A DNA stretch of 64,000 bases from Obrimoposthia wandeli (lineage: Eukaryota). A program made the translations under genes and the position numbers. The stretch spans positions 124,001-188,000 of the forward strand of contig CDROCS010004529.1 in NCBI GenBank assembly GCA_977020255.1, given 5' to 3'. The notes beneath the pieces were generated by a model. The model worked only from the letters and a program-made list of their open reading frames with translations, had not been told where the DNA came from and searched no databases. This document shows, piece by piece, positions 9,838-20,839 of the stretch. The first letter of the stretch is position 1. Every line of letters starts with the position of its first letter.

Positions 9838-12162
9838 TCAAGGAATTAAGATTTTCATTTCAAGAGAAGCAGTTGTATGTGCAATTAAACTGACACTGAT
9901 AGCTTTAGAAGTTGGAGTAAAACTGCGTTCCCCATAACTATTTAAAGGGACTAAAGGATTCGTTTCTGGATAGTATGCAGCTAAGTTTCCGCGTGGAATA
10001 TCGTAGGGAACTAAGATAAACCCGCACACATTACGCTCTTTTTTATCATGCCAATGAGAGCGAATATCCACCTTCTGTTCTGCAATAAACCCAAGTTGTT
10101 CAATATCCAGCGGATTAATAAACAACACATTACGCAAGCCTTTAATGCCACGATATCTATCGTTGTAGCCGTAAACCGTGGTGTTGTATTGATCGTGTGA
10201 ACGCAAGCTTTGTAAGGTGAAGACTTGTGTTTCAGTTTGCGCCTGCAATACAGGATCAATTTCATTACTGCCCAGTGGCTTAACAGAAAAATTTGCCTTT
10301 TTACTGGGCGTATTCCAAATACGCTGTCCCGCAGTGTTTGGTAAATAAAAACCACCGGGTTGTTCTATCTTTTGATTAAAATCACTAAAGCCGGAAACAC
10401 AGCGCGCAATGTAATCGCGAATCTTGCTGTTATCTTTAGCCACTTCTAACCAATCGATAGGCTTTTTATCCAGAGTATAATGGGCAATAGAGGCGATAAT
10501 TTGCACCTCTGATTTTAGCTGCTGTGAGCTTGGAGGCAAAACACCCGCTGAGCTGTGCACCATACACATCGAATCTTCAACAGTGATGCGCTGTTCTCCC
10601 GCTTCAGTCATATCAACTTCAGTGCGACCTAGGCAAGGGAGAATCAAGGACTCTTTACCCGGTGTTATATGACTGCGGTTAAGCTTTGTACTGATATTAA
10701 CCACCAAATCGCACTGCGCCAATGCAGCGCGCGTCACTTTTGTATCAGACATTGCAGCGGCAAAATTACCACCAAGGGCGATAAACACTTTACTAGCACC
10801 ACTTCGCATGGCTTCAACCGCTTGAACTGCGTTATGGCCGCACTCGCGAGGGATCTTTATAGAAAACTCTTTTTCCAACGCATCCATCAAAGCGGCTGGG
10901 GCTTTTTCATTAATCCCCATCGTTCTATCGCCTTGCACATTACTGTGGCCCCGCACCGGACAAGCACCCGCTCCGGGCTTTCCTATATTGCCGCGCAGTA
11001 ATAATAAATTGATAATTTCTTGGATAATAGCAACGGAGTGAGTATGTTGAGTAAGCCCCATCGCCCAGCTACAAATCACCCTTTCTGATGAGACGTAAAT
11101 TTGTGCAACTTGTTGCATCTCTTCGCGAGTTATACCGCTGTGCTGCTCCAATTCAGACCAATGGCTAACGTTGACTAACTCAAGATAATTTTGAATATCG
11201 ACACAGTGATCGTCAATAAACGACCAATCAAAAATAGAATCATGGTTATTTTGTAGCGCTTGCGCATCTATCTCTATCAGTGCTTTAACAACCCCACGAA
11301 CCAGTGCCATATCACCGCCCAACTTAGGGCAATAATAGTGCTTACTAATCTCTGTATAACCGTTACTTAGCATCTCTAATGGTTCTTGAGGATTGGTGAA
11401 GCGCTCAAGACCACGTTCACGCAAATTATTAAAACTAACCACTGTTGCACCACGCTTTGTAGCCTGGCGCAGCGTATCTAGCATGCGCGGATGATTGGTT
11501 CCAGGATTTTGACCGAAGACAAATATAGCATCCGCTAGTGCAAAATCATCCATTGTCACAGTGCCTTTACCCACACCGATACTATCGTTCATGGCGATAG
11601 CACTTGCTTCATGGCACATGTTAGAGCAATCGGGAAAGTTGTTAGTACCAAAGCTGCGAACAAACAGCTGATAGAGAAAAGCCGCCTCGTTACTAGCGCG
11701 CCCCGAGGTATAAAACTCAGCTTGGTTAGGGTTATCTAGCGCGTTGAGCTTCTCAGCTATTAATTGAAACGCTTCATCCCAACTGACCGGCTCGTAGTGG
11801 TCGGTATCTGGGTTATAGCGCATGGGCTCTGTTAAGCGCCCTTGAAACTCTAGATAATAATCACTTTCACTATCTAAATGACTCACACTATTTTTCGCAA
11901 AAAAAGCGCGACTGACTTTTTTCGCTGTCGCTTCCCAATTAACGGCTTTGGCACCATTTTCACAAAAGCTCACTTTGTGACCTGTTTTTTGATCACCCCA
12001 AGCGCAACCTGGACAATCAAAACCAGAATGCTGATTAGTTTTGAGCAAACTGCGAATATTTTTAACCGGATTCTTGCTTTTAAGTAAATGTTTTGAAGTG
12101 CTGGCAAGTGCACCCCATCCCCCTGCAGAGCCGCGATAAGTAGATATTTTTTCTCTAGACAT
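9838..12162 (-). CDS. FdhF/YdeP-family molybdopterin oxidoreductase
   Basis: GFDCPGCAW, FCENGAKA, NFPDCSNMCHE, RGHSNVQG, RSHDQYNTT. Confidence 0.92.
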   Translation of the reverse strand: MSREKISTYRGSAGGWGALASTSKHLLKSKNPVKNIRSLLKTNQHSGFDCPGCAWGDQKTGHKVSFCENGAKAVNWEATAKKVSRAFFAKNSVSHLDSESDYYLEFQGRLTEPMRYNPDTDHYEPVSWDEAFQLIAEKLNALDNPNQAEFYTSGRASNEAAFLYQLFVRSFGTNNFPDCSNMCHEASAIAMNDSIGVGKGTVTMDDFALADAIFVFGQNPGTNHPRMLDTLRQATKRGATVVSFNNLRERGLERFTNPQEPLEMLSNGYTEISKHYYCPKLGGDMALVRGVVKALIEIDAQALQNNHDSIFDWSFIDDHCVDIQNYLELVNVSHWSELEQHSGITREEMQQVAQIYVSSERVICSWAMGLTQHTHSVAIIQEIINLLLLRGNIGKPGAGACPVRGHSNVQGDRTMGINEKAPAALMDALEKEFSIKIPRECGHNAVQAVEAMRSGASKVFIALGGNFAAAMSDTKVTRAALAQCDLVVNISTKLNRSHITPGKESLILPCLGRTEVDMTEAGEQRITVEDSMCMVHSSAGVLPPSSQQLKSEVQIIASIAHYTLDKKPIDWLEVAKDNSKIRDYIARCVSGFSDFNQKIEQPGGFYLPNTAGQRIWNTPSKKANFSVKPLGSNEIDPVLQAQTETQVFTLQSLRSHDQYNTTVYGYNDRYRGIKGLRNVLFINPLDIEQLGFIAEQKVDIRSHWHDKKERNVCGFILVPYDIPRGNLAAYYPETNPLVPLNSYGERSFTPTSKAISVSLIAHTTASLEMKILIP

Positions 12163-12289
12163 GTGAATTTAAATCTTATGTGAATTTTTCCGCACAATAA
12201 CACAAAAATAGAAACGAACGATAATGATTTGCATTAATATTTACATAAAATTATTACTTACGAACGCCACGTATTACTTTGAATAACGT

Positions 12290-12542
12290 ACCATTAAGCC
12301 TAGAAAATATTAATGAGCTCGATTAGTGCTACTGTTTTTTGATGAAACCATAAGCCAAAGTTTTAATCCATTTATGCCATCTGTAGAGTAGCACTGTCGT
12401 TGCTGAAGCAATTGAAACACTGGCCAAAGCCATTTTTTAGCAAAAAATAAACAGCGATTTTCAACAAGGCTTTTTTATTGCTGAATCGATGCCTTTCAAC
12501 GAACTAAAATTCTGGTTAGAACAACATCGAAGTAACAGGTAA
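12290..12542 (+). pseudogene. EAL (c-di-GMP phosphodiesterase) domain C-terminal remnant
   Basis: One frame reads ..STVVAEAIETLAKAIF*QKINSDFQQGFFIAESMPFNELKFWL.., matching the VVAEGVET...QGYxxAxPMP pattern, with in-frame stops. Confidence 0.7.
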
Positions 12543-12608
12543 ACATTTTTTACGCTCAATGAAACAGATAAATTAATTTGAGCCCCTAAAGTACACAAAA
12601 TTGTAAAG

Positions 12609-13511
12609 CTAAGTACATTTTTGCCTGAGCTGCTCTGTAAAGATAATCTTTAGTAAGTCTAATTCTTTAGTTCGTACATAGTTTGGCCTAATGATAAAGG
12701 ATATCGTTCTGTGAGGCCCAGGCTCATTTAAGTGGACAGCGGCGAGTTCTGATTCGTTGTAAATTAACTGATCAAGCGCCATTTGTGGCACTAAGGTTGT
12801 GCCAAGTTTGCCTGCCACCATTTGCACTAAAGTATGCAAACTTGCCGAATCAAAATCTGATTCCTGCTTTTGATCTTGTAGCTTACAAGCCGACAGTGCG
12901 TGTTCTTTAAGGCAGTGGCCGTCTTTTAGCAGCATTAACTTTTCTATTTCTAGCTCTTCACTGGTGATCTCACGCGCTTTGTTTGAGTAATCATCCTTGT
13001 GGCAAACCCAGTAAAAATCCTCTTGCCAAAAATCAAAATTCATCAAACCTGGTATTGGATAAGGCAGCGCTAGTATTGCTGCATCTATCTCCCCCGTTCT
13101 AACTTTATCCACTAACACATGTGACTGCTCTTCAATGATGCGCAATTTAAAGTTGGGGTATTGCAGCCTTACCTCTGGTAATACTTTGGGTAAAAGGTAG
13201 GGGCCAATGGTTGGAATGACGCCGATAGTCATAGAGTTGGTGAATGGCGCTTTACTCACTTGCGTCAGCTGCATCAACTCATCTAATTCTATTTTGACTC
13301 TTTTTGCTTTATCCAGAATCAGCTGCCCATCTTTAGTGACTAGCACTTGTTTGTTGTTGCGCTCGAACACCGTCGTGCCTAGCTGTTTTTCAAACTCGTG
13401 TATAGCGGTACTCAATGCTGATTGCGATACATTACAAGCCAGTGCAGCTTTTTTGAAATGTAAGGTTTTTTCAATCGCTAAGGCATAGTGCAGCTGTTTA
13501 AGTGAGATCAT
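12609..13511 (-). CDS. oxyR: Hydrogen-peroxide-sensing LysR regulator OxyR
   Basis: LysR HTH; DGHCLKEHALSAC two-Cys motif; divergent from ahpCF. Confidence 0.88.
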   Translation of the reverse strand: MISLKQLHYALAIEKTLHFKKAALACNVSQSALSTAIHEFEKQLGTTVFERNNKQVLVTKDGQLILDKAKRVKIELDELMQLTQVSKAPFTNSMTIGVIPTIGPYLLPKVLPEVRLQYPNFKLRIIEEQSHVLVDKVRTGEIDAAILALPYPIPGLMNFDFWQEDFYWVCHKDDYSNKAREITSEELEIEKLMLLKDGHCLKEHALSACKLQDQKQESDFDSASLHTLVQMVAGKLGTTLVPQMALDQLIYNESELAAVHLNEPGPHRTISFIIRPNYVRTKELDLLKIIFTEQLRQKCT

Positions 13512-13680
13512 ATTTTGTAATCGATTTTATTGAATGAAAGTTAAAGTTTAATAGAAAAAATGAAATTAGTCATCTCCAGCAATAGCTGTGCAACCTTCGT
13601 TATATCCTCCTTAAACCTTCCTTTAACCTTTCTTATACTTTCTAAGCTCTATCTGTTACTGATTAGTACGCCAGCTTATG

Positions 13681-13724
13681 TTCGGTTTTTTAGAACATAA
13701 ATATAGATTTAATCAAATTTACCT
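13681..13724 (+). promoter_or_regulatory. Possible OxyR binding region upstream of ahpC
   Basis: Periodic tetramers TTCG-N7-AGAA-N7-ATAG-N7-CAAA..CTAT only partly match the ATAG-N7-CTAT pattern; called mainly from context. Confidence 0.3.
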
Positions 13725-13822
13725 ATCATCAAAGCTTCCCTAATATACGTCCTATCGAAAGCAAACAAGCTTTTAGAGACAAGTGCAATATTGCACTTCA
13801 TCTTAATAATGAGGAAATACAA

Positions 13823-14386
13823 ATGGCTCAAATAGGTAAGTTAATCCCAGAGTTTAGCGCACAAGCATTCCATAACGGCGAGTTTGTTGAAGTGACTTCA
13901 GACAGTGTGAAAGGTAAGTGGTCAATCTTTTTATTCTACCCTGCTGATTTTACATTTGTATGCCCAACTGAATTAGAAGATATGGCTAAACAGTACGAGC
14001 AGTTACAAGAGCTAGGCGTTGAAGTTTACTCAGTATCAACAGATACACATTTTTCACACAAAGCATGGCACGATTCTTCAGATGCGATTGGCCAAATCAA
14101 GTATCCAATGATTGGTGATCAAACCGGTGTTATTACACGCGGCTTTGACGTAATGATCGAAGAAGATCATATGGCACATCGCGGTACTTTCTTAGTAGAC
14201 CCTGATGGCGTAATTCAAGTTGCTCAGATTCATGCAGGTGGCATTGGCCGCAGTGCTAAAGACATGATTCGTAATGTAAAAGCAGCCCAATATGTACGTG
14301 AACATGATGGCGAAGTATGCCCAGCAGCATGGGAAAAAGGTGAGGCAACACTGACACCTAGCTTAGATCTAGTCGGTAAAATTTAA
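13823..14386 (+). CDS. ahpC: Alkyl hydroperoxide reductase subunit C
   Basis: [22 protein letters not shown]. Confidence 0.97.
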   Translation: MAQIGKLIPEFSAQAFHNGEFVEVTSDSVKGKWSIFLFYPADFTFVCPTELEDMAKQYEQLQELGVEVYSVSTDTHFSHKAWHDSSDAIGQIKYPMIGDQTGVITRGFDVMIEEDHMAHRGTFLVDPDGVIQVAQIHAGGIGRSAKDMIRNVKAAQYVREHDGEVCPAAWEKGEATLTPSLDLVGKI

Positions 14387-14475
14387 GCATTTAGTACGGA
14401 CAAGCGCAGCGTTTATAAACCTGCGCTTTTATTCACCCGTTTAGCTTTAGCCATTCGCAGTAAGAAGGTAGCATT

Positions 14476-16044
14476 ATGTTAAATAACGATATTTTAAAAG
14501 CATTAACAACTTATACCCAAAATATGACAAATAAGGTTTCACTAGTGCTGCAAACTGGTGAACACGATAAACGCACTGAATTAGTAGAGTTTTTAACCCA
14601 GCTATGTTCAGTATCACAAAACCTAACATTGATAGAGCGCGATGCAAATTTACGCAGCCCAGTTACCTTCTTTTTAGAAGTGGCAAATGAAGATGATACG
14701 CAAAGTGTTAATAGCGGCATTTACTTTTCGGGTATTCCCAGCGGGCATGAATTTAATTCATTAGTGTTAGCGATATTACAATCATCAGGTACTGCGCTGA
14801 AGCTCGATGCTGGTCTGGCGAAAATGGTCGGTAAAATCAGTGAGGAACTGCACTTTGAAGTGTTTATTTCACTTAGCTGTCATAACTGCCCTGATGTTGT
14901 GCAATCACTCAATCAATTCGCAATATTGAACGCCAATATTAGCTCAGAAATGATTGATGGCGGCCTGTACCCTGAATTAATAAGCCGGCGTAATATTCAA
15001 GGTGTACCTAGCGTTTACTTAAATGGTGAGTTATTTGCTAACGGCAAAATTGATACCTCGCAATTGGTTGATAAACTGATTGAGCGCTTTCCTCATATTA
15101 TGAGTATTGATCAGGCAGAGCAGCTACCACTGCAAGATGTCACTGTTATTGGAGCGGGCCCAGCAGGAATTGCAGCTGCAATCTATGCGGCAAGAAAAGG
15201 CTTAAATGTCACGATGATTGCTGATCGTATCGGCGGGCAAGTAAAAGATACTGTCGGTATTGAAAATTTAATATCCGTACCCAAAACAACAGGCACAGAG
15301 CTAACGGGTAATTTACAAGCGCATTTAAGTGACTATGAAATTACTATCAAAGAGTTCTTGCGGGTCGATAAAATAGAACAAGGAAAAATTAAAAAACTGC
15401 ACTTATCTAGTGGTGAAGTAATTGAGAGTAAAACCATCATCATCGCAACAGGTGCAAAATGGCGTGAGCTAGGCGTGCCAGGTGAGAAAGAGAATGTCGG
15501 CTCAGGCGTTGCTTATTGCCCGCACTGTGATGGCCCTTTCTTTAAAGGAAAAGAAGTAGCGGTAGTCGGCGGTGGTAATTCAGGTATTGAAGCAGCCCTT
15601 GATTTAGCGTCAATGGTTAAGCATGTGACCGTGTTTGAATTTTTAGCAGATCTTAAAGCCGATAGAGTATTAGTTGATAAAGCCTTAGCGCATGACAAAA
15701 TTACCATCATCAAAAATGCCGCCACTAAAGAAGTGATTGCTAAAGATGGCAAAGTAGTTGCTCTAGCCTATCAAGATAGAATTAGCGGCGAGCTAAAGCA
15801 ACAGCCTTTATCAGGCATCTTTGTACAGATAGGCCTGTTACCTAACAGTGATTTTTTAAGCGGCTTGGTTGAGCGCACGGTACATGGCGAGGTGGTTATT
15901 GATGAAAAGTGTCGGACAACGCAGCCAGGCATTTTTGCCGCAGGCGATGTTTCAACTGTGCCTTATAAGCAAATAGTGATCGCTATGGGGGAAGGAGCCA
16001 AGGCTTCACTTGCAGCTTTTGATTACCTGCTGAAAGATTTCTAG
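14476..16044 (+). CDS. ahpF: Alkyl hydroperoxide reductase subunit F
   Basis: [27 protein letters not shown]. Confidence 0.97.
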   Translation: MLNNDILKALTTYTQNMTNKVSLVLQTGEHDKRTELVEFLTQLCSVSQNLTLIERDANLRSPVTFFLEVANEDDTQSVNSGIYFSGIPSGHEFNSLVLAILQSSGTALKLDAGLAKMVGKISEELHFEVFISLSCHNCPDVVQSLNQFAILNANISSEMIDGGLYPELISRRNIQGVPSVYLNGELFANGKIDTSQLVDKLIERFPHIMSIDQAEQLPLQDVTVIGAGPAGIAAAIYAARKGLNVTMIADRIGGQVKDTVGIENLISVPKTTGTELTGNLQAHLSDYEITIKEFLRVDKIEQGKIKKLHLSSGEVIESKTIIIATGAKWRELGVPGEKENVGSGVAYCPHCDGPFFKGKEVAVVGGGNSGIEAALDLASMVKHVTVFEFLADLKADRVLVDKALAHDKITIIKNAATKEVIAKDGKVVALAYQDRISGELKQQPLSGIFVQIGLLPNSDFLSGLVERTVHGEVVIDEKCRTTQPGIFAAGDVSTVPYKQIVIAMGEGAKASLAAFDYLLKDF

Positions 16045-16065
16045 TTAATTAACATATCAATTACT

Positions 16066-16096
16066 AAGCGAGTTCTAGGGCTCGCTTTTCTTTTTT
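16066..16096 (+). terminator. Intrinsic terminator after ahpF
   Basis: AAGCGAG-TTCTAGGG-CTCGCTT followed by a T-rich tract. Confidence 0.75.
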
Positions 16097-16526
16097 AGTA
16101 TTTTTCCTAAATCATTAAGTTATTGGTTGATAAATGCGACTGGGCAGAAGAGACTGACATGAATGAGCTTGTAACAGCAGAATTTATTCAACAAAACCAC
16201 AATAAACATCCCCGGGGCAAGCCCTCCCACTTCGTTCGACTTCACTGTGTGAAGCGGGGTATCGTTGTTACTAATATTCGCCCCAAGGGGCTGGGAATTA
16301 ACCCTCTGATGATTTAGGCCCCGCCTAATTCATTTCTATTAAATCGATTGTAGTTGTGATGATAAATACATTGTCAAATGACATGAACAAGGTTAGTAAC
16401 CCCAAGCTAGTCCTGAATTATTAGCAATGCTTTAACGGCTAAAATTCAATGCTCTAGAAAATACACACTACTGTCGGTAGCCAGTAGTAAAAGCAGCCTC
16501 GACAAACATAATAAGGGAAAAGCGAG

Positions 16527-17420
16527 ATGAGCTTTATTAGCACACAACGCAAACTGAAATACAACCGTGTCTCTTATAAAGACCAAGGGTTCGTTATTCA
16601 TATGCTGACATCTAGCGAGCATACTTTTTTTACGAATGCTTACATTATAGAAACCAAGAATTCGTTGGTTGTTGTCGACACTATGATGATTAATTCCGAT
16701 GCTGCTTTGTTGCGCCAACACGCTAACGATATCGGTAAGCCAATTATTTGCATTATTATTACTCACGGCCATCCTGATCACTATAACGGCACCGGTGTTG
16801 TTATTGATGGTTTGGGGGCAATCCCCATTATTAGTACTATCGGAGTCAGAGATTGCATCAAAAATACGGTTGACGCGAAGGAGGTTAAATGGAAACCTTA
16901 TTTTGGTAGTGAATGGCCCGAGAATAAATTACTGCCTGATCAACTCGTTTATGATGGCGACGTGCTTAGTTTAGATGGACTCGAGTATCAATTTAGAGAC
17001 CTGGGCGCGGCTGAGTCTAGCAGTGATCTGTATTTCACTTTAGGGAAAAATAGGTCGGCTGTTTTCGTAGGTGATGTCGTTTTTAACGATATGCATGGGT
17101 TTATGAATGATGGTAATAGCCTACAATGGTTACAGGTATTAAAGCTATTGCAAACCGAAATATCTGATGTCGCACTGCTATTTACTGGTCATGGCTTAGC
17201 AGGTAACACTGCTGAGTTAATTCAGCAACAAATTGACTATATTATTCGCTATAGAGCTAATCTATCTAGCATAGTTAACACTAATAATTTGTTAAGTGAC
17301 GAGCAAAAGCAATCGTTCGAACAAATGATGATAGCCAGTTATCCCGATTATCAATTGAGCGCTTTTATCAAGGCAGGTAGCGAGGCTGTTTTTCAAGAGC
17401 TCAATTTAGAAAAGTGCTAG
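16527..17420 (+). CDS. MBL-fold metallo-hydrolase
   Basis: THGHPDHYNG, FVGD, TGHG. Confidence 0.88.
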   Translation: MSFISTQRKLKYNRVSYKDQGFVIHMLTSSEHTFFTNAYIIETKNSLVVVDTMMINSDAALLRQHANDIGKPIICIIITHGHPDHYNGTGVVIDGLGAIPIISTIGVRDCIKNTVDAKEVKWKPYFGSEWPENKLLPDQLVYDGDVLSLDGLEYQFRDLGAAESSSDLYFTLGKNRSAVFVGDVVFNDMHGFMNDGNSLQWLQVLKLLQTEISDVALLFTGHGLAGNTAELIQQQIDYIIRYRANLSSIVNTNNLLSDEQKQSFEQMMIASYPDYQLSAFIKAGSEAVFQELNLEKC

Positions 17421-17572
17421 GGCCATTGAGAAGCGTTGGCACCCGCTTCAGCTGGCCCGTAGGGTTTCAATCAAAGCCAGCGAAATAACGCAATCAGTGT
17501 ACCCTGTTTATGGGTATTACTGATGTAAAAGAGCAATCAGTGTGGCCCACCACATGGGCATTGAGCCGGTTT

Positions 17573-18532
17573 TTAACCCCTCGTATTATTTTTTTCTGCT
17601 ATTAAAGCATTGTGTCTAAAATGCTGCGGATTACGCCGTACCTTTCCGGCACTCACAGCAAAGCTTTTAAGAAAAACCCTTGAAAAAGCAGATTCTGATT
17701 GATACCCCACTTCTTCTGCCACATTAGCAACACTGTGTCCATCTATAAGCGCATTCCAAGCTAGCTGCATCCGCCACCAAGTAAGATATTGCATTACACT
17801 CCAGCCGCTAACTTCTTTGAATTGAGTACTAAAAGTGGTGCGTGATTGGCTGGCTGTTTGTGCAAGTAACGCCAGTGTCCATGGCTTTTGTGGATCTTTG
17901 TGCACTGCTTCAATTGCCTTACTCAAACGAGGATGATGATAGAGCGCTAGAAAACTGCCATTACCTAGGTTCTCATCCTGTTTTCGATGAGCAAAATGAT
18001 GTTGCAAAGCATAAACAAATAGCAGTTGTGATACATTATTTAAAATCACACTAGATGCCGCACTGGGGTGATAATTTTCATACATTATCAGCTCTAGTAA
18101 CGCTTTTAACCACACCACACTATCGGCAATTTCTATAATGAATACAGCGGGTAATTCATTTAAAACCTGCTGGGCAGCAGGGTGTGTAAATTTCACTTCG
18201 CCACATAACATTCCAGTGCCTTGCCTATCTTTAGCGAGTACAAATTCTAAATGCTGCTGCTCCCCTTGTGCTTCATCAATAACAGACATTGTATGCGCTA
18301 ATTCGCGGGGGAAAATAATTAAATCCCCGCAATTTAAAACACACTCTAAATGCCCAGGCACCTGCAGTTTACAGCGCCCTTCTGTCACTATATGAAAGCA
18401 AGTAGCATTTAAACTGTGCTCGCTAATCAGCCACTGACCGCATACTTTTGCATTATGATAAATATCAACCCGCATACCTAGAGTTGTCAAAACATCGGAA
18501 AATGCTCGCATCACGTTCCCTCTTTTCTTCAC
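17573..18532 (-). CDS. AraC regulator with cupin_6 domain (RclR-like)
   Basis: VCGQW, CFHIVTEGRC, GDLIIFPR, MLCG; C-terminal double HTH (GYQSESAFSRVF). Confidence 0.85.
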   Translation of the reverse strand: MKKRGNVMRAFSDVLTTLGMRVDIYHNAKVCGQWLISEHSLNATCFHIVTEGRCKLQVPGHLECVLNCGDLIIFPRELAHTMSVIDEAQGEQQHLEFVLAKDRQGTGMLCGEVKFTHPAAQQVLNELPAVFIIEIADSVVWLKALLELIMYENYHPSAASSVILNNVSQLLFVYALQHHFAHRKQDENLGNGSFLALYHHPRLSKAIEAVHKDPQKPWTLALLAQTASQSRTTFSTQFKEVSGWSVMQYLTWWRMQLAWNALIDGHSVANVAEEVGYQSESAFSRVFLKSFAVSAGKVRRNPQHFRHNALIAEKNNTRG

Positions 18533-18674
18533 TCGCCCATCTTAAAAAACCTAACATATCCATCGCTAATAATATAAACCTTACTATTTTTTGAACGATT
18601 AAGCATTAAATATGTACTTTAGAGCATTCATTGCACAAATTATTTAACTTAAGATAGCCCCACTCATTACTAAC

Positions 18675-18837
18675 TAGTGTCCATCCAGAAACGGATGTCT
18701 ACTGCGAACGCCTCACTAACTCAATCTACTCACTACTAGATCTGGTTGTTTGGAATAACCAAACGCCCATATCTAGTAGTACGTATCTTGAATCATTGAG
18801 ACGCTCTCGCGACGACCCCGTTTCAGGATGGGCACTA
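18675..18837. other. About 163-nt nested inverted-repeat element (structured RNA or MITE)
   Basis: TAGTGTCCATCCAGAAACGG / CCGTTTCAGGATGGGCACTA (18/20), ACTACTAGAT / ATCTAGTAGT (10/10), GTTTGG / CCAAAC. Confidence 0.7.
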
Positions 18838-18868
18838 ACTAACTGAACACTATTTTAAGGATCACAAC

Positions 18869-19408
18869 ATGAGCAACTTTACTTTCCACACTACTGAAAA
18901 CACCACTGGCGAGCGCCAAGAAATATTAGCAGGCGTAAAGAAGGGCTACGGATTTGTGCCTAACTTATTTGGCTATATGGCTGAAGCCCCTATCGCAGTT
19001 AAAGCCTATCTTCAGCTCAATGAACTACTAGCACAAAGCAGCTTACCCGCCGCTCAACTGCAAGTTGCTTTACTAACCAGCAGTGTTGTTAACGGCTGTG
19101 ATTTTTGTACGACTGCGCATCGCGCTATTGGCAAAAAATCAGGCGCCAATCAACAAAGTTTAGATGCATTAAATAGTGGTGGTGAAATTGAAGATGCTGA
19201 TGATAGGGCAGTTGCAAAAATCACTAAGCTATTGATTGATAATCGCGGTTGGGTAGAAAAAGCTGATATTAATGAATTTATAGCAGCGGGCTTTACTCAA
19301 CAAAACTATATGGAATTAATCGTAGTCGTTACCATTAAAACACTGTCTAATTACACTAACCATGTCACCAAGCCTGAAGCTAACCCTGAATTGTTAGCGA
19401 TGCTTTAA
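18869..19408 (+). CDS. Carboxymuconolactone decarboxylase / AhpD-like peroxidase
   Basis: GFVPNLF, SVVNGCDFCTTAH (CxxC..H), TLSNYTNH. Confidence 0.88.
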   Translation: MSNFTFHTTENTTGERQEILAGVKKGYGFVPNLFGYMAEAPIAVKAYLQLNELLAQSSLPAAQLQVALLTSSVVNGCDFCTTAHRAIGKKSGANQQSLDALNSGGEIEDADDRAVAKITKLLIDNRGWVEKADINEFIAAGFTQQNYMELIVVVTIKTLSNYTNHVTKPEANPELLAML

Positions 19409-19667
19409 CGACTAAGTAAATATAAACTACATGAACGGTATTCGTTAGACTTAGCGAATATCGGTATCTATTTACCTTTCCTTAAATGCTAGTTCTGCAA
19501 TACGCACTTCTTCAAAATTTACTCCTCCAATGCCTGTTCCTTCAACTCTTGTTACTCTAGTAGCGTTTTTTCAATACAGTTTATGAAAAGTAGCAGGTGG
19601 GTTATTTGTAAAAGTAATACGCAGCCCCCATTAACACTTAACACTTGCTTGAATTAACTTATAGGAA

Positions 19668-20285
19668 TTGTTTATGCTAACAATACATCATTTAAATCAG
19701 TCTCGCTCAAAGCGCGTTATTTGGTTACTAGAAGAGTTAGGCCATACATATAAAATTGAACATCATCAACGCGACCCTATTACCCATTTGGCACCTAGTA
19801 GCTTAAAAGCCATTCATCCGTTAGCCAAAGCACCTGTTATGGTCGATGGCGATATCACTTTATGTGAATCGGGCGCGATAATGGAATATATATTAAATAC
19901 CTATAGCAACGACAAGCCATTACGCCCTGCTATTGATAGTGCGCAATACTACGCATACCTTGAATGGCTACACTTTGCTGAAGGATCGCTAGGCCTTCCT
20001 GTGATCACTAAGTTATTCATGAATATGGAGTCAAGAGAGAACGCTCAACCAATGGACGGCTACATCGCCAAAGAGCTTGAGTTAGATTTTAATTATATTG
20101 AGTCAACACTAGCCCAACGCCCTTACTTTGCAGGCGAGCAATTTAGTGCAGCGGATATAATGATGACGATTACACTTGAAATCGCCAACAATATAAATCT
20201 GCTTGAAGGAAAAACCCACACTCAAGCATATTTGCGTTCCGTGCAAAGCCGCCCTGCTTATATAAGCGCTTTAGAAAAAGGTTAG
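19668..20285 (+). CDS. Glutathione S-transferase
   Basis: SRSKRVIWLLEEL, HPLAKAP, ESGAI, FSAADI. Confidence 0.92.
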   Translation: MFMLTIHHLNQSRSKRVIWLLEELGHTYKIEHHQRDPITHLAPSSLKAIHPLAKAPVMVDGDITLCESGAIMEYILNTYSNDKPLRPAIDSAQYYAYLEWLHFAEGSLGLPVITKLFMNMESRENAQPMDGYIAKELELDFNYIESTLAQRPYFAGEQFSAADIMMTITLEIANNINLLEGKTHTQAYLRSVQSRPAYISALEKG

Positions 20286-20341
20286 TTTTGTGCCCGTAGT
20301 GCAGGCTTAAGTGGTGCGCTTCGATAAATGACATACACACT

Positions 20342-20480
20342 GAGACCTTTGCACAAAGTAGCGAGCGACAGTGAGACAAGGCAAAAACAAGCGAAAAACC
20401 GGAGTTTATGTCTATAAATGAGGATTTTGAGCTTGTTTTTAACGCCGTATCACTGAGTGCAGTAATTGTGCAAAGGTCTC
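20342..20480. mobile_element. MITE family 2 (139 bp), 5-bp TSD ACACT
   Basis: TIR GAGACCTTTGCACAA / TTGTGCAAAGGTCTC; ACACT at 20337-20341 and 20481-20485. Confidence 0.9.
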
Positions 20481-20795
20481 ACACTAATTTCTGCTTTGGT
20501 GTGTATAGTTTTAGCCGCTAATTCTTCAAACCACAAAACATAATACGGCAGCACAATGACCGTAAAGGATGTTCGCAATACTATTGCAGCTCTATGGGCG
20601 GATTCATACAACCGACTCTTGCTCAGAGCTGCTTAACTTGACTGTGCATTAAAAGCAGCGCATTTTATTAGACTTCTTTAACAATAGCACTTTCTGGCTA
20701 CTGGCATTTTTAATGCATTTCGCAATCTATCACCTTAAAAAATAACAACTTTATAATTATAAAAATTATAAATTGGTTTTATTTTAAATCTAAAT

Positions 20796-20814
20796 GATTT
20801 ATATTCTCATTATC
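20796..20814 (+). promoter_or_regulatory. Putative Fur-type box upstream of the Mn/Fe ABC operon
   Basis: GATTTATATTCTCATTATC, 13/19 match to GATAATGATAATCATTATC. Confidence 0.4.
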
Positions 20815-20839
20815 AATTAATGAATATGAATTTACGCTT

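Noticed and set aside
17490-17560. Two GCAATCAGTGT-led hairpins
   Set aside because: They lie between convergent genes and are adequately explained as terminators.
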